Below, in pieces: positions 26,719-36,382 of a stretch of DNA of 64,000 bases; position 1 is the first letter of the stretch, and the number at the start of each line of letters is the position of its first letter. The position numbers were made by a program, and so were the translations under genes. The stretch is from an uncultured Gammaproteobacteria bacterium (GTDB lineage: Bacteria > Patescibacteriota > Patescibacteriia > UBA11705 > DATKZF01): contig CAYPKD010000007.1 in NCBI GenBank assembly GCA_964411255.1, positions 13,344 through 77,343 of the forward strand, given 5' to 3'. The notes beneath the pieces were generated by a model. The model had not been told where the DNA came from and ran no database searches. It was given only the letters and a program-made list of their open reading frames with translations.

Positions 26719-27570
26719 TTGGCCTTGACTATGACAATCAAGCAAACTTTACAAAAAGCCATTCAAAAACTAAAATTAAAAAAAATCCTCAGTCCAAGAT
26801 TAGATGCTGAGGTTTTGTTGGCTTTTGTTTTGAGAAAAGACAAAACTTTTCTTTACACTTATCCAAATAAACAATTAACTTCTGCTCAGCTTAAAAAATT
26901 TAATCAATTAATTTCCAAACGATTAAAATATTGGCCTGTCTCCTATTTAATTGGTCAAAAAGAATTTTATAAATTGCCATTCAAAGTCAATCAAAAAGTT
27001 TTGATTCCCAGACCTGAAACTGAACTAATGGTTGATGAGGTTTTAAAACTTAATAAAAAATGGACAGTTTCAGACATTGGCACAGGATCAGGCTGTATTG
27101 CCATTGCTCTGGCAAAAAATGGATTTAATAAAGTTTATGCAACTGATATTTCAAATTCAATTTTAAATCTGTCCAAACAAAATGCAAAATCTAATAAAGT
27201 CTCAGGAAAAATTAAATTTTTAAAAGGAAATCTTTTCAAGCCTCTTCAAAAAAATAAAATTGATATTGTAGCAGCCAATCTACCCTATCTTTCTAATAAA
27301 GTATTTAAAACTCATATTAAAATGTTTCCTTCACTGAAATATGAACCGAAAACCGCATTGAATGCACCGCTTGAAGGGCTTTATTATTTTCAGCAGCTTT
27401 TTGAACAGCTTTCAAATGCCAAATACAAACCAAAATATATATTTATAGAAATTGATCCTGATCAGGCTGAAAAAATGAAAAGGCTGATAAAAAACTATTT
27501 TAAACCCAAATCAATTCAAATAAAAAAGGACTTGTGTGGAAAAAAACGGCTGGTGATTGTAAGACTATAG
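26719..27570 (+). CDS. prmC: release factor glutamine methyltransferase PrmC/HemK
   Basis: SAM-binding DIGTGSGCIA and an NPPY-like motif that reads NLPY here; immediately follows prfA. Confidence 0.8.
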   Translation: MALTMTIKQTLQKAIQKLKLKKILSPRLDAEVLLAFVLRKDKTFLYTYPNKQLTSAQLKKFNQLISKRLKYWPVSYLIGQKEFYKLPFKVNQKVLIPRPETELMVDEVLKLNKKWTVSDIGTGSGCIAIALAKNGFNKVYATDISNSILNLSKQNAKSNKVSGKIKFLKGNLFKPLQKNKIDIVAANLPYLSNKVFKTHIKMFPSLKYEPKTALNAPLEGLYYFQQLFEQLSNAKYKPKYIFIEIDPDQAEKMKRLIKNYFKPKSIQIKKDLCGKKRLVIVRL

Positions 27571-27628
27571 TTATTGACATTAAAAACAAAATGCGCTATT
27601 GTTAATTGTTCTGGCAAGGAGGTGCAAC

Positions 27629-27922
27629 ATGCCAAACATTGAGATTCATGGTTATCTACAATCTCACAAACTTCTTTCTGAAGAAATATGCCAGAAAATC
27701 ATTAAAGGTTTAAAAAATACACCAATCGCTAATGAAGTTGTGATTACTGTTCATCACACAGAATGCCTTGATTTAGACGGATCAATCTCTCCATTCTTCC
27801 GAGTCCTTTACACTGAGGATGATCCAATTGATACAGTCATTGCATTTTTGCATCAAACCTTTGACATGGGGATTGAGCTTCAGCCTTTAGCCAAGTTTAT
27901 TAAAGCAAGAAGTGAATCATAG
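27629..27922 (+). CDS. hypothetical protein (possibly tautomerase-superfamily-like, N-terminal Pro)
   Basis: AAGGAGG RBS, MPNIEIHGYL start; weak resemblance only. Confidence 0.35.
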   Translation: MPNIEIHGYLQSHKLLSEEICQKIIKGLKNTPIANEVVITVHHTECLDLDGSISPFFRVLYTEDDPIDTVIAFLHQTFDMGIELQPLAKFIKARSES

Positions 27923-27991
27923 AACTATTGACATAACAATAAAAACATGTAACGTAATAGACACATAGGTCAATACCTAAAGGAGGTGAAA

Positions 27992-29074
27992 ATGTCCATT
28001 GACATCAAATCAATAATCTCGCAATTCCAAATTCCTGGAAAATATATTTCTGCACAAGCTTTTGGAAATGGTTTAATTAATGACACATTTGTTGTCGTGT
28101 TTGAACATGAGAATCAGACTATTCGCTATATTTGTCAGCAGATAAATAAAGCTGTCTTTTCAAATCCTAAACAAGTAATGCACAATATTCAATGTGTAAC
28201 TTCTCATGTCCGTAATAAACTAGAACAGCAAGGATTTGAAGATATAGCAAGAAGAGTTTTAACTCTCGTACCTACTAAAGATGGTGATTTATATTATTGT
28301 GATAAAAATGAAAATTTCTGGCGACTCTACCTTTTTATCGAAGGGACGTCGACCTGTGAAACCACTCCAACATTACATCAAGCGTATGAAGCTGCCAAAG
28401 CATTTGGAGAATTTCAGGCTAGAATCGCTGACATCGAAAGTTCAAAATTATTTGAAACAATCCCAGATTTTCATAATACACCAAAAAGATTTGAGGTGTT
28501 GCAAAAAGCATGTGCTGATGATGTTTGCCAACGCCTGAAAACCTGTAAGAGCGAGGTTCAATTTGCAGAAGAAAATATAGAAATTGCCCAAAAACTAGCC
28601 AAGCTACATAGTAGTGGAAAAATCCCTCAAAGAATTGTTCATAATGATACAAAATTCAATAATATTCTTTTTGATAACGAAACTAATGAAGGTATATGCG
28701 TAATTGATCTGGATACTGTAATGCCAGGTTTATCACTGTATGACTTTGGTGACATGGTCAGAAGTGCAATGAAATTGGCTCCAGTCAATGAGCACATGGA
28801 CTTGTTCAAGGTTTTGGTTATAGGATATTTAACTTCCATGAGAATGGTTCTTAGCTCAGATGAAATAGAGCTTCTGCATTTTTCACCCGTGGTAGTAACA
28901 TTTGAATTAGGAATTCGATATTTAACTGACTATCTTTTAGGCGATATATATTTTAAAACCACTCATCCTGAACAAAATCTTGAAAAGTGTAGATTACAAT
29001 TCCAGTTAGTTAAAGCTATTGAATTAAAAGAATGGGAAATGTCTGAGATCGTATTTCATAATAAATACTACTAA
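27992..29074 (+). CDS. APH/choline-kinase-family phosphotransferase (small-molecule kinase)
   Basis: Gly-rich loop FGNGLINDTF, catalytic HNDTKFNNILF (Brenner motif) and VIDLDT; AGGAGG RBS. Confidence 0.7.
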   Translation: MSIDIKSIISQFQIPGKYISAQAFGNGLINDTFVVVFEHENQTIRYICQQINKAVFSNPKQVMHNIQCVTSHVRNKLEQQGFEDIARRVLTLVPTKDGDLYYCDKNENFWRLYLFIEGTSTCETTPTLHQAYEAAKAFGEFQARIADIESSKLFETIPDFHNTPKRFEVLQKACADDVCQRLKTCKSEVQFAEENIEIAQKLAKLHSSGKIPQRIVHNDTKFNNILFDNETNEGICVIDLDTVMPGLSLYDFGDMVRSAMKLAPVNEHMDLFKVLVIGYLTSMRMVLSSDEIELLHFSPVVVTFELGIRYLTDYLLGDIYFKTTHPEQNLEKCRLQFQLVKAIELKEWEMSEIVFHNKYY

Positions 29075-29157
29075 ATTTATAAGGGCATCAAATGTCCTTT
29101 TTTGATATAAAAAAACCTGCCGCACAATGCAGCAGATTTTTTATCCCCATTTATTCC

Positions 29158-30090
29158 TTAATCATTATTTCCACCAAGGGCTTTTGATCCCATGAATTTT
29201 CCTTGTCCACCATGACCCATAAATTTTTTATTTTCCCCACCAAACATATTTTTGGCCATGGTCTTTAATTTTTCCAATATTTTGTCCAATTGGCTTGAAT
29301 TTATCACACCTTCATCTACTAATTCCTGCAAAGGCTTTTCAATACCTTGAAATCGATTTCCCATTTTATTACCCGGCTTTTTAAGCATTTTACCGCTTTC
29401 AATAAATTCTAATTTTTTCTCATATTCTTCTTCAGTAATCTTTCCTTGTTCTAGCAAATCTTCTAATCGTGCTTTTTCAATGGACTTTCTTCGTTCTGCC
29501 ATTTTTTCATGAAACTCTGTCAAAGTAAATCCAGCTTCTTCAACTAACTCCTGCATCTTTTTACCGCTTTCTAAAGTCGATTTCAGTTCATCTACTGACA
29601 TGTCTAAAAGTTCTGCCTGGGCTGCTAAAATTTCCTCATGTTGCTGCTCCATCAATCCTTGTTTTTCCTGCATCAATGCCAATTTTTCATCAGCTTCTTC
29701 CTGAGTAATTTTTCCATCTGCAACCAGCTGATTTAAGTTTTCCTGCATTTTCTCTTCAGCTTTTGCCTGAACCGCTTGTTTAAAACTTTCCTGTGTATAG
29801 CCAGCTTCTTCAATAATATCTCTCATTGTCATACCACTATCAATTTTTGATTTAATTTCTTCAGCACTTAAACCCAGAATTTCAGAACTGATATCTTTTG
29901 CATGACCGAACATTTGCTTTTTATGACCCATTTTCATCCCAGGACCAAATGCTTTTTTATCAAATTTATGGCCCATGCCTTCGCCCATTTCAGAGCCCTG
30001 CCATAAATTTCCGTCATAAGCTAATGCTGGGGTGGTTAATAATAGACCTAAAAGAACAATTGAGATGATTAATGCTTTTTTCTTACTCAT
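29158..30090 (-). CDS. secreted helical repeat protein with Met/His-rich termini
   Basis: Signal peptide MSKKKALIISIVLLGLLLTTPALA; MGH/MxH clusters at both ends; internal KITQEEADEKL-type repeats. Confidence 0.5.
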   Translation of the reverse strand: MSKKKALIISIVLLGLLLTTPALAYDGNLWQGSEMGEGMGHKFDKKAFGPGMKMGHKKQMFGHAKDISSEILGLSAEEIKSKIDSGMTMRDIIEEAGYTQESFKQAVQAKAEEKMQENLNQLVADGKITQEEADEKLALMQEKQGLMEQQHEEILAAQAELLDMSVDELKSTLESGKKMQELVEEAGFTLTEFHEKMAERRKSIEKARLEDLLEQGKITEEEYEKKLEFIESGKMLKKPGNKMGNRFQGIEKPLQELVDEGVINSSQLDKILEKLKTMAKNMFGGENKKFMGHGGQGKFMGSKALGGNND

Positions 30091-30220
30091 AATTTTTTTT
30101 AGTTAATTTTTAGTAAATTGTACAATTTGATCTTTCTGTATATTAATACAAAATCCAGTTGATTTTCTTTCACTGCTATGTTATTGTTTTCTAAGAGGTT
30201 CAAAGCCATAGGAGGAAGAC

Positions 30221-30658
30221 ATGAACGACAAACAAACCAGAATTGAATTGGCACGTAAATGCGAGCATCCATCAGTCGATGAAATGATCGAATTATATCA
30301 GAAAGCTAAAGAAACCGGAGAAGTACCTGATGAATTTCAATTTGCTGCTAGATGCTTTCCATGCAATCATAGAGTGGGGGCATTTCTTGATGGCCTTCGA
30401 GGCCATGGATTACGAAATATTCCATCCACTTTTGATCCAATAGGAGCAATGGCTATCAAAAAAGCTGACCATGTTTGTCTGACAGTGCCTGAACTTTCTG
30501 ATCAATTTCGTGCTGACCCACGTGCATTAAAAAATAAACTCTATTTAAATGGGAATAGAGTTTGTGATAGTTGCTGTGACCTTTTTGAATTTGCATGGGA
30601 TCGACACAAAATGGAGCAAGTAAAGAAAAAAATTGAAGCTCAAGCTTCTCGAGTATAA
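30221..30658 (+). CDS. hypothetical Cys-containing protein
   Basis: 145-aa ORF followed by a strong terminator. Confidence 0.45.
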   Translation: MNDKQTRIELARKCEHPSVDEMIELYQKAKETGEVPDEFQFAARCFPCNHRVGAFLDGLRGHGLRNIPSTFDPIGAMAIKKADHVCLTVPELSDQFRADPRALKNKLYLNGNRVCDSCCDLFEFAWDRHKMEQVKKKIEAQASRV

Positions 30659-30665
30659 TGACAAT

Positions 30666-30696
30666 TCGCGCGAAATCATATATCGCGCGTTTTTTA
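30666..30696 (+). terminator. rho-independent terminator
   Basis: cgcgcga/tcgcgcg stem followed by a T6 run. Confidence 0.75.
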
Positions 30697-30706
30697 ATTT
30701 GTACGT

Positions 30707-30840
30707 CCGGGGCAGACAGGCACGCGCCATAGGCGCGGCCTGTGTAGGGACAGAATATTATTCTGTCCCTACCATCCGTCCGCTCCTGGCGGGCGGATAT
30801 GCCCCGGCTATAAAAAAACGTCCGCCATAGGCGGACTATA
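30707..30840. repeat. GC-rich palindromic hairpin cluster B (same GTAGGGACAG / CTGTCCCTAC family)
   Basis: Outer stem ccggggca/tgccccgg encloses three hairpins, including the perfect 29-nt palindrome GTAGGGACAGAATATTATTCTGTCCCTAC; followed by a gtccgcc-ata-ggcggac hairpin. Confidence 0.6.
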
Positions 30841-30866
30841 ATTCATTGCTCATTACCGATTACACT

Positions 30867-31547
30867 TTACTCTTTAATTTCTATTACATCACTATACAAT
30901 TCCTCCACCTTTTCCAAATCCTGATCTGACAAATCATTATCAATTCTGGCAATATATTCATCATTTGTGCTTTCAATAATAAATTTTATATCATCTGACG
31001 CATAATTATTTGCAACTTGTTCTGGATAATATGATTTTTTATAACAAAGCTGCCAATACGGCGGTTCAGCCACTTTTAATTCCTGAATGTTTTCATCTGC
31101 TGATAATTTTTCCAATGTCTGTTCTCTATCTTCAACTGGAATTTCAATTAAAAAACAATTTTTTGCATACAAATCTTCAATTACAATGTCTGATGATGCA
31201 TTAAAATCCTGCCAAAAATCTTTTATAAAATTATGAGTGGCGATTGGATCTTCTTTGAGAAAAAATTTTGTAAAATATATTCCTTCGTCTTCTTCCTCAG
31301 CTTGAACATATTTTTGTTGCCCTGCTTTCTTTTTCACTTCCTCAGCCAATTCCATCATTTCTAATTCATGGATTGGATTAAAGCTGTCTGTATCTAAATA
31401 TTGGCTAAAATCAAAATCTGGCTTTTTTGAAAATAAATTCTCTCCTTTTACAAAATGATAAAAGTATATAGAAAAACCAGCAACAAAAATTACAATCACT
31501 CCGATGACGTAAATATAATCTTTTGTTTTATTTCTTTTATTTGCCAT
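30867..31547 (-). CDS. membrane-anchored acidic protein, hypothetical
   Basis: N-terminal TM helix; acidic C-terminal domain. Confidence 0.5.
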   Translation of the reverse strand: MANKRNKTKDYIYVIGVIVIFVAGFSIYFYHFVKGENLFSKKPDFDFSQYLDTDSFNPIHELEMMELAEEVKKKAGQQKYVQAEEEDEGIYFTKFFLKEDPIATHNFIKDFWQDFNASSDIVIEDLYAKNCFLIEIPVEDREQTLEKLSADENIQELKVAEPPYWQLCYKKSYYPEQVANNYASDDIKFIIESTNDEYIARIDNDLSDQDLEKVEELYSDVIEIKE

Positions 31548-31550
31548 AAA

Positions 31551-32618
31551 TTAATACTGAACTTTTGGGAAATGATCTGGCACAATAGTTATCCAAAATT
31601 TCCCTTCAAGCATTTCTATTTCATTATCCTCTGAATCATAAAATCTTAAACGATCCTGGCTATTCTGTTTTTTCCAAACTCCAACGATTGCCTTCCCGTC
31701 CTGAAAAACTATTGCCTCACCTTCTCCAATTGTTTTTGTAAACAATCTGCCATAATCATCAATTACGCTCAGCTTGGAATATGCTATTGCTAAATTTTCT
31801 ACAGAAATATCCTCATTATCTTCAGTTTTATACAATCTGCCAGTTTGAAATCTGGTATAAACATTATCTTCCCTGTCATAATTCCATACCACGTCATAAG
31901 TATAATTATTAAAACTGATTTTTACTATCTGCTCCTCTGGTCTATCCTCTAAATCAGATTCTTTTTTAAAAATCCAAGTATCAAATTCAGCTTTCTCATC
32001 CCAATTTCTGTCATCAATAGCCTCTTTGATCAAATCGCTTGAAGAATAAACATTATGAGGTGCGTATCTGTTTCTTGACCGCCAAAAGTATTTTGACCAA
32101 AAAAACTGATCCAAATCCTTCATACCTGATACCCGAAGCTCTTCTAAAGCCTGAGGGCTGCCGCCTACATGTAAATATACAGGATCAAATGCAGCCGCCC
32201 AATCCAAGTAATATGGCCTGGCTGATCTGATCGGACCAATTTTTTCAACTTCAGCATCACCTGGAAAAACTGCCATAAACCTGGTAATAGTCGACTCAGC
32301 AATTGCTTCAAAAACCACGCTTGCTTTATCTATCCCAGCCAGAGGCCTGGCTTCAATATGATTTTCAATCATCACTGCCCACGGCGTCAGATTTGTCATT
32401 CCTTTTTTTTCAACACACGCATTATCTAATAATCTTTTGTATTTGCATTTCTGTTCAACTACGAATTCTTCTCCATTTGCCTTTGCGCCATTTACTCCAT
32501 TTGTCTTTGGAGCAAATAGAAATGAAGCTGTTATGGCTAAACCTAAAACTAAAATAAAAATCAGCAAAGAAACTATTTCTTTGTCTTTGTACCAAATAAT
32601 TTTTTTGTTTTCAATCAT
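31551..32618 (-). CDS. membrane-anchored DUF3048-like protein, hypothetical
   Basis: N-terminal TM; PLAGIDKASVVFEAIAESTITRFMAVF resembles the YerB/DUF3048 family (recalled, unverified). Confidence 0.45.
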   Translation of the reverse strand: MIENKKIIWYKDKEIVSLLIFILVLGLAITASFLFAPKTNGVNGAKANGEEFVVEQKCKYKRLLDNACVEKKGMTNLTPWAVMIENHIEARPLAGIDKASVVFEAIAESTITRFMAVFPGDAEVEKIGPIRSARPYYLDWAAAFDPVYLHVGGSPQALEELRVSGMKDLDQFFWSKYFWRSRNRYAPHNVYSSSDLIKEAIDDRNWDEKAEFDTWIFKKESDLEDRPEEQIVKISFNNYTYDVVWNYDREDNVYTRFQTGRLYKTEDNEDISVENLAIAYSKLSVIDDYGRLFTKTIGEGEAIVFQDGKAIVGVWKKQNSQDRLRFYDSEDNEIEMLEGKFWITIVPDHFPKVQY

Positions 32619-32688
32619 ATAAAAATAAAAGTGTCTAATTTATAAGACACTTTTATTCTATCATATTTTTTATTTTTTTTCACTTAAT

Positions 32689-33414
32689 TTATTCTTTCTT
32701 TTCTCCTTTATCAGCTTCTTTTTCAGCTGGGGCTTCATCTTTCTTTGGTTCTTCGCCTTCTTCACCTGGTTCTTTTTCCTTTCCTTCAGCATCTTCAATC
32801 TTTTCAAGACCTTCTTCTAATTCTTCTGTCGGCGCTTCTGGCTCGACCTCTTCTTCTTCTGGCTCTGTTACAGATGCGATTATTTCCTCAACATTGATTA
32901 AAATCTCAATTTCTTCTGGCAAATTCAAATCTTTTACATAGATAAAATCGCCAAACTCTTTTAATACACCCAGGTCAACTTCTACATTTGCAATTTTTTC
33001 TAAATCTTTAGGAAGACAACGAACTGGAACACTATCTAAGGTTTTTACTAAAATAGCGCCAAGCTCTTTTACAGCTGGAGCTTCATTAATAAATACCAGG
33101 CTAGCTTCAGTATCAATTTTTTGACCTCGTTTGATTTGATAAAAATCAACATGAATAGGTTTTTCTGAAACCGGATCAAACTGGATATCCTTAATCAAAA
33201 CTTCAAACGGTTTTGATTCTCCATCAACGGATAAATCAATAAGCCCACTCTCTCCAATCTCATCATATACCTTATTTAAATCCTGATCTCCGATTTCAAC
33301 TAAGATATTTTCTTTTACTTCAGGCCCATAAATAACACCTGGAACCTTCATATTATTATGTGGACTTCCATTTTTTTTATCCTCCCTTTTTTTTACAATT
33401 AATGAATATGGCAT
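32689..33414 (-). CDS. rplY: 50S ribosomal protein L25 / general stress protein Ctc with acidic C-terminal extension
   Basis: L25 beta-barrel domain plus Ctc-type second domain; E/P-rich tail. Confidence 0.85.
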   Translation of the reverse strand: MPYSLIVKKREDKKNGSPHNNMKVPGVIYGPEVKENILVEIGDQDLNKVYDEIGESGLIDLSVDGESKPFEVLIKDIQFDPVSEKPIHVDFYQIKRGQKIDTEASLVFINEAPAVKELGAILVKTLDSVPVRCLPKDLEKIANVEVDLGVLKEFGDFIYVKDLNLPEEIEILINVEEIIASVTEPEEEEVEPEAPTEELEEGLEKIEDAEGKEKEPGEEGEEPKKDEAPAEKEADKGEKKE

Positions 33415-33425
33415 ATCTTTTATTA

Positions 33426-33758
33426 TTAATAACTTTTGGTTCTAATAATTCGTATAAATTCTTTTGGATTATTAATTATTTCCTTTGCTTCTAAAACATC
33501 ATCAGCACAAACCGGGCTACTTTCTAAAAATTTAATCGTTTCTACACTTTGAAGATCTGTGATCAAACCAATACTATTAACACCTCGTGGACCAGCGACA
33601 ATTAGCACTAAAAGACAACTTTTACACTTCCTGCACTGTAAGTGCAAAAGATGAGCATTTTCCTTTTCATCTAAAATATTAATTTCAGAAGGATAATAAA
33701 CTGACTTACAAACAGGGCAATTACTGATGATTTTTAATTGAGGATTTTTTGGATCCAT
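33426..33758 (-). CDS. zinc-ribbon-containing hypothetical protein
   Basis: CPVC...CRKCKSC. Confidence 0.4.
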   Translation of the reverse strand: MDPKNPQLKIISNCPVCKSVYYPSEINILDEKENAHLLHLQCRKCKSCLLVLIVAGPRGVNSIGLITDLQSVETIKFLESSPVCADDVLEAKEIINNPKEFIRIIRTKSY

Positions 33759-33825
33759 AACCCAATTTTCATATTACTTAAAAAGTATAGCTGGTAATAA
33801 TCTATTAGTCAAGAGTAGGCCATTT

Positions 33826-34923
33826 TTATTGGTTACTTCTAACAACGATGCTTTGACATACGCCTAATAAGCCTAAAGTTAAAATAAAAAAACTACCGCC
33901 AGCACTTAGTAAAGGTAAGGAAATCCCTGTCACTGGCACTAGACCCATATTCATGCCAATATTTACAAAAATATGCAGTACAAACAAACTGGTCACCCCT
34001 AGAACGAAAAACATGGCAAAATCATTTTCCGCCATTTGCGCCGCTCTGACCAGTCTCCAAAAAATAATTCCCCATAATCCAAGCACTAAAATTACGCCTA
34101 AAAGTCCAAGCTCCTCTGCTATTACAGCAAAAACAAAGTCCGTCTGGCTTTCCGGAATAAATCGCAGCTGACTCTGAGAGCCAAAGCCCAATCCCCTGCC
34201 TAAAACTTTTCCAGAACCAATCGCAATGGTTGATTGAGCCACATTGTAACCGCTGCCCAGAGGATCCCTGCCCGGATCTGTAAAAGTCAATATTCTTTCC
34301 TTCTGATAATCCTGTAAAACAACAAGCCAGGAAAAAAGCAAAACAGAAAGAACTATTAATACTAAAAATGTAATATACATTTTTTTAACTCCGGTTAGCA
34401 TTAAAACAATAAACCAAATTGCTAATAAAACCGCGGCTGATCCCAGGTCTGGCTGCATCAGCACCAATACCACAAAAATAACTGTACCCAAAAGACTGAT
34501 AAAAATATGTTTTGTTTGGTTGAATTGCTGATAACGGTTACTGAAAAATTTTGCTAAAAAAATAATCAGAGCGATCTTTGCAAATTCTACAGGCTGAAAT
34601 CCAAATGTTCCAATGGCAAACCATCCGGTAGTACCTCTGATATTTTTACCAAAAATTAGAACTAAAACCAGCAACACCAATGTAACAATATAAATCACTC
34701 TGCTATATGACCGAAAAAAATTATAATTTAGCAGACTAAAAAATAAAAAAACCACCAAGCCAATAATTACAAAAATTACTTGTCTGTTAAATCCTGACGC
34801 ATCACCCTCTTCATAGCTTAAATTAACGCTATAGATAGCGCTTAATCCTAAAATAATTAATAACAAAATAGCTGTAAATAAAATCCAGTCAAATTTTCTT
34901 AATTTTTGCAAAACTATGCTCAT
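33826..34923 (-). CDS. SEDS-family peptidoglycan glycosyltransferase (RodA/FtsW)
   Basis: 10-TM protein with conserved FtsW/RodA blocks (SQTDFVFAVIAEELGLLG, GISLPLLSAGGS). Confidence 0.85.
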   Translation of the reverse strand: MSIVLQKLRKFDWILFTAILLLIILGLSAIYSVNLSYEEGDASGFNRQVIFVIIGLVVFLFFSLLNYNFFRSYSRVIYIVTLVLLVLVLIFGKNIRGTTGWFAIGTFGFQPVEFAKIALIIFLAKFFSNRYQQFNQTKHIFISLLGTVIFVVLVLMQPDLGSAAVLLAIWFIVLMLTGVKKMYITFLVLIVLSVLLFSWLVVLQDYQKERILTFTDPGRDPLGSGYNVAQSTIAIGSGKVLGRGLGFGSQSQLRFIPESQTDFVFAVIAEELGLLGVILVLGLWGIIFWRLVRAAQMAENDFAMFFVLGVTSLFVLHIFVNIGMNMGLVPVTGISLPLLSAGGSFFILTLGLLGVCQSIVVRSNQ

Positions 34924-35054
34924 ACTTTAATTTCATCTTATTCTAAAATCTTTAATAAATCAATATAAAAATACCAGTGATGTTGGTGATTTTATAGTTG
35001 AGGTTTCGTTTGCTATAGCTTTTAATTTAAAACATCTTTACGTCAATAGTATCG

Positions 35055-35181
35055 GGGGTCTGGGGGGCTGATTGCCCCCTGAGCGATCTTGGAACTCAAT
35101 CATCACTTCGCATTTGAAGCCTCCCAGCGGTTTTTGGTTACTTTTTGGTGTCAAAAAGTAACTTGGCGCAAGCCAACATTG
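35055..35181 (+). repeat. about 130-nt conserved intergenic element, copy 1
   Basis: GGGGTCTGGGGGGCTGATTGCCC...CACTTCGCATTTGAAGCC...TACTTTTTGG-N4-CAAAAAGTAACTTGGCGCAAGCC...AACATTG; shares more than 80% identity with the copy at 47029. Confidence 0.65.
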
Positions 35182-35303
35182 AAAAAGGCAAAGCAGGCTT
35201 TTTGCCTGTATTGTAAAAGATTATTTTTTTATTAATAAAAAAATCCTAATTCATCAGGATTCCATATTTTTATTTTTTACTTTTTAATTTTTACTTTTTG
35301 ATT

Positions 35304-36296
35304 TTATTTCTGTTCTCCAATAACCTCTCCAAAACCTTTATATGAATCTGGATTTAAAATATCAACCTGAGGTAATACAGCCACCCTATTAATTGCAGGC
35401 AAAGATCCTGGCCAGTTCATAATCACTTCCCTTTCTTCTAAAGCATCCAGGCTTCTCAAATGATATGTGTTCATTGCCCTTAAATTTTGTCCAGAATAAA
35501 GTAAAATTATAACATCAATATTCCAAAAATTCTGCGGCGAATTATTTTCAATTGTAAACTTTACCTGATTTATAGGATTCTCTCCTTCAATTCCAGTTTG
35601 TCTGGCTGGCAAATATAAAATGTCTGTTACTTCAAATTGCATTAGCTGCTCTTTTAATTCATTATAATCCGGCACCTTTTTCCATTTCAGATCATCAATT
35701 ACTAAATCTGCGCTCAGGCTACCTGTTCTCTCTTCATTTAAATTAACTAAATACATTGTCTCCCCTGGAAGCACATAGCTTGTTTCTAAATCTGTAGATG
35801 CGCCGCCAAAATCAAAATGATACATTAATTCTTCTACATACCATTTATCATTAGGATTAGTAACCGTAGTATATAAATCATAATTTTCTCCAGCCCTAAT
35901 GACCTTTACGTCATCTATTAAAATATTCTGCGGTGTACTGACCCGATTAATGTAATCCCAGTTCAATGATACAGTCCGGGGCGCATACAACTGGCGGTTT
36001 GCTGAATAACTTATTAAATAATGATCCAAAAGCCCGTATGTCCCATAAATCAAAAAAGCACCAGCAATTACAATTGCAGTTACTGTTGCCATTTGTTTAA
36101 CAGTTTGTCTATGGCTAAGCCACCAATAACCAAATTCTAATTCAGGAGCTGCTTTGATCTCCTTTGGTTTTGGAGCCTCAGCCTTCTGTTCTTTGGATTT
36201 CTTGTCGTCCGACTTGTCCGCCGTAGCTTTAGCGAAGGACGATTCAGTTTTTTCGTCTTTAGGTTTTTGATTTCCAATCTGAAATGCCATACGCAT
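35304..36296 (-). CDS. membrane-anchored protein with K-rich N-terminus, hypothetical
   Basis: Disordered basic N-terminus, one TM, then an extracytoplasmic domain of about 240 aa. Confidence 0.5.
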   Translation of the reverse strand: MRMAFQIGNQKPKDEKTESSFAKATADKSDDKKSKEQKAEAPKPKEIKAAPELEFGYWWLSHRQTVKQMATVTAIVIAGAFLIYGTYGLLDHYLISYSANRQLYAPRTVSLNWDYINRVSTPQNILIDDVKVIRAGENYDLYTTVTNPNDKWYVEELMYHFDFGGASTDLETSYVLPGETMYLVNLNEERTGSLSADLVIDDLKWKKVPDYNELKEQLMQFEVTDILYLPARQTGIEGENPINQVKFTIENNSPQNFWNIDVIILLYSGQNLRAMNTYHLRSLDALEEREVIMNWPGSLPAINRVAVLPQVDILNPDSYKGFGEVIGEQK

Positions 36297-36382
36297 ATAT
36301 TATAACATAATTTCATAAAGCATGGAACATGCAGCATAAATCAAAAAAGTCAGCCTATTTAAGACTGACTAATACAAACTAC

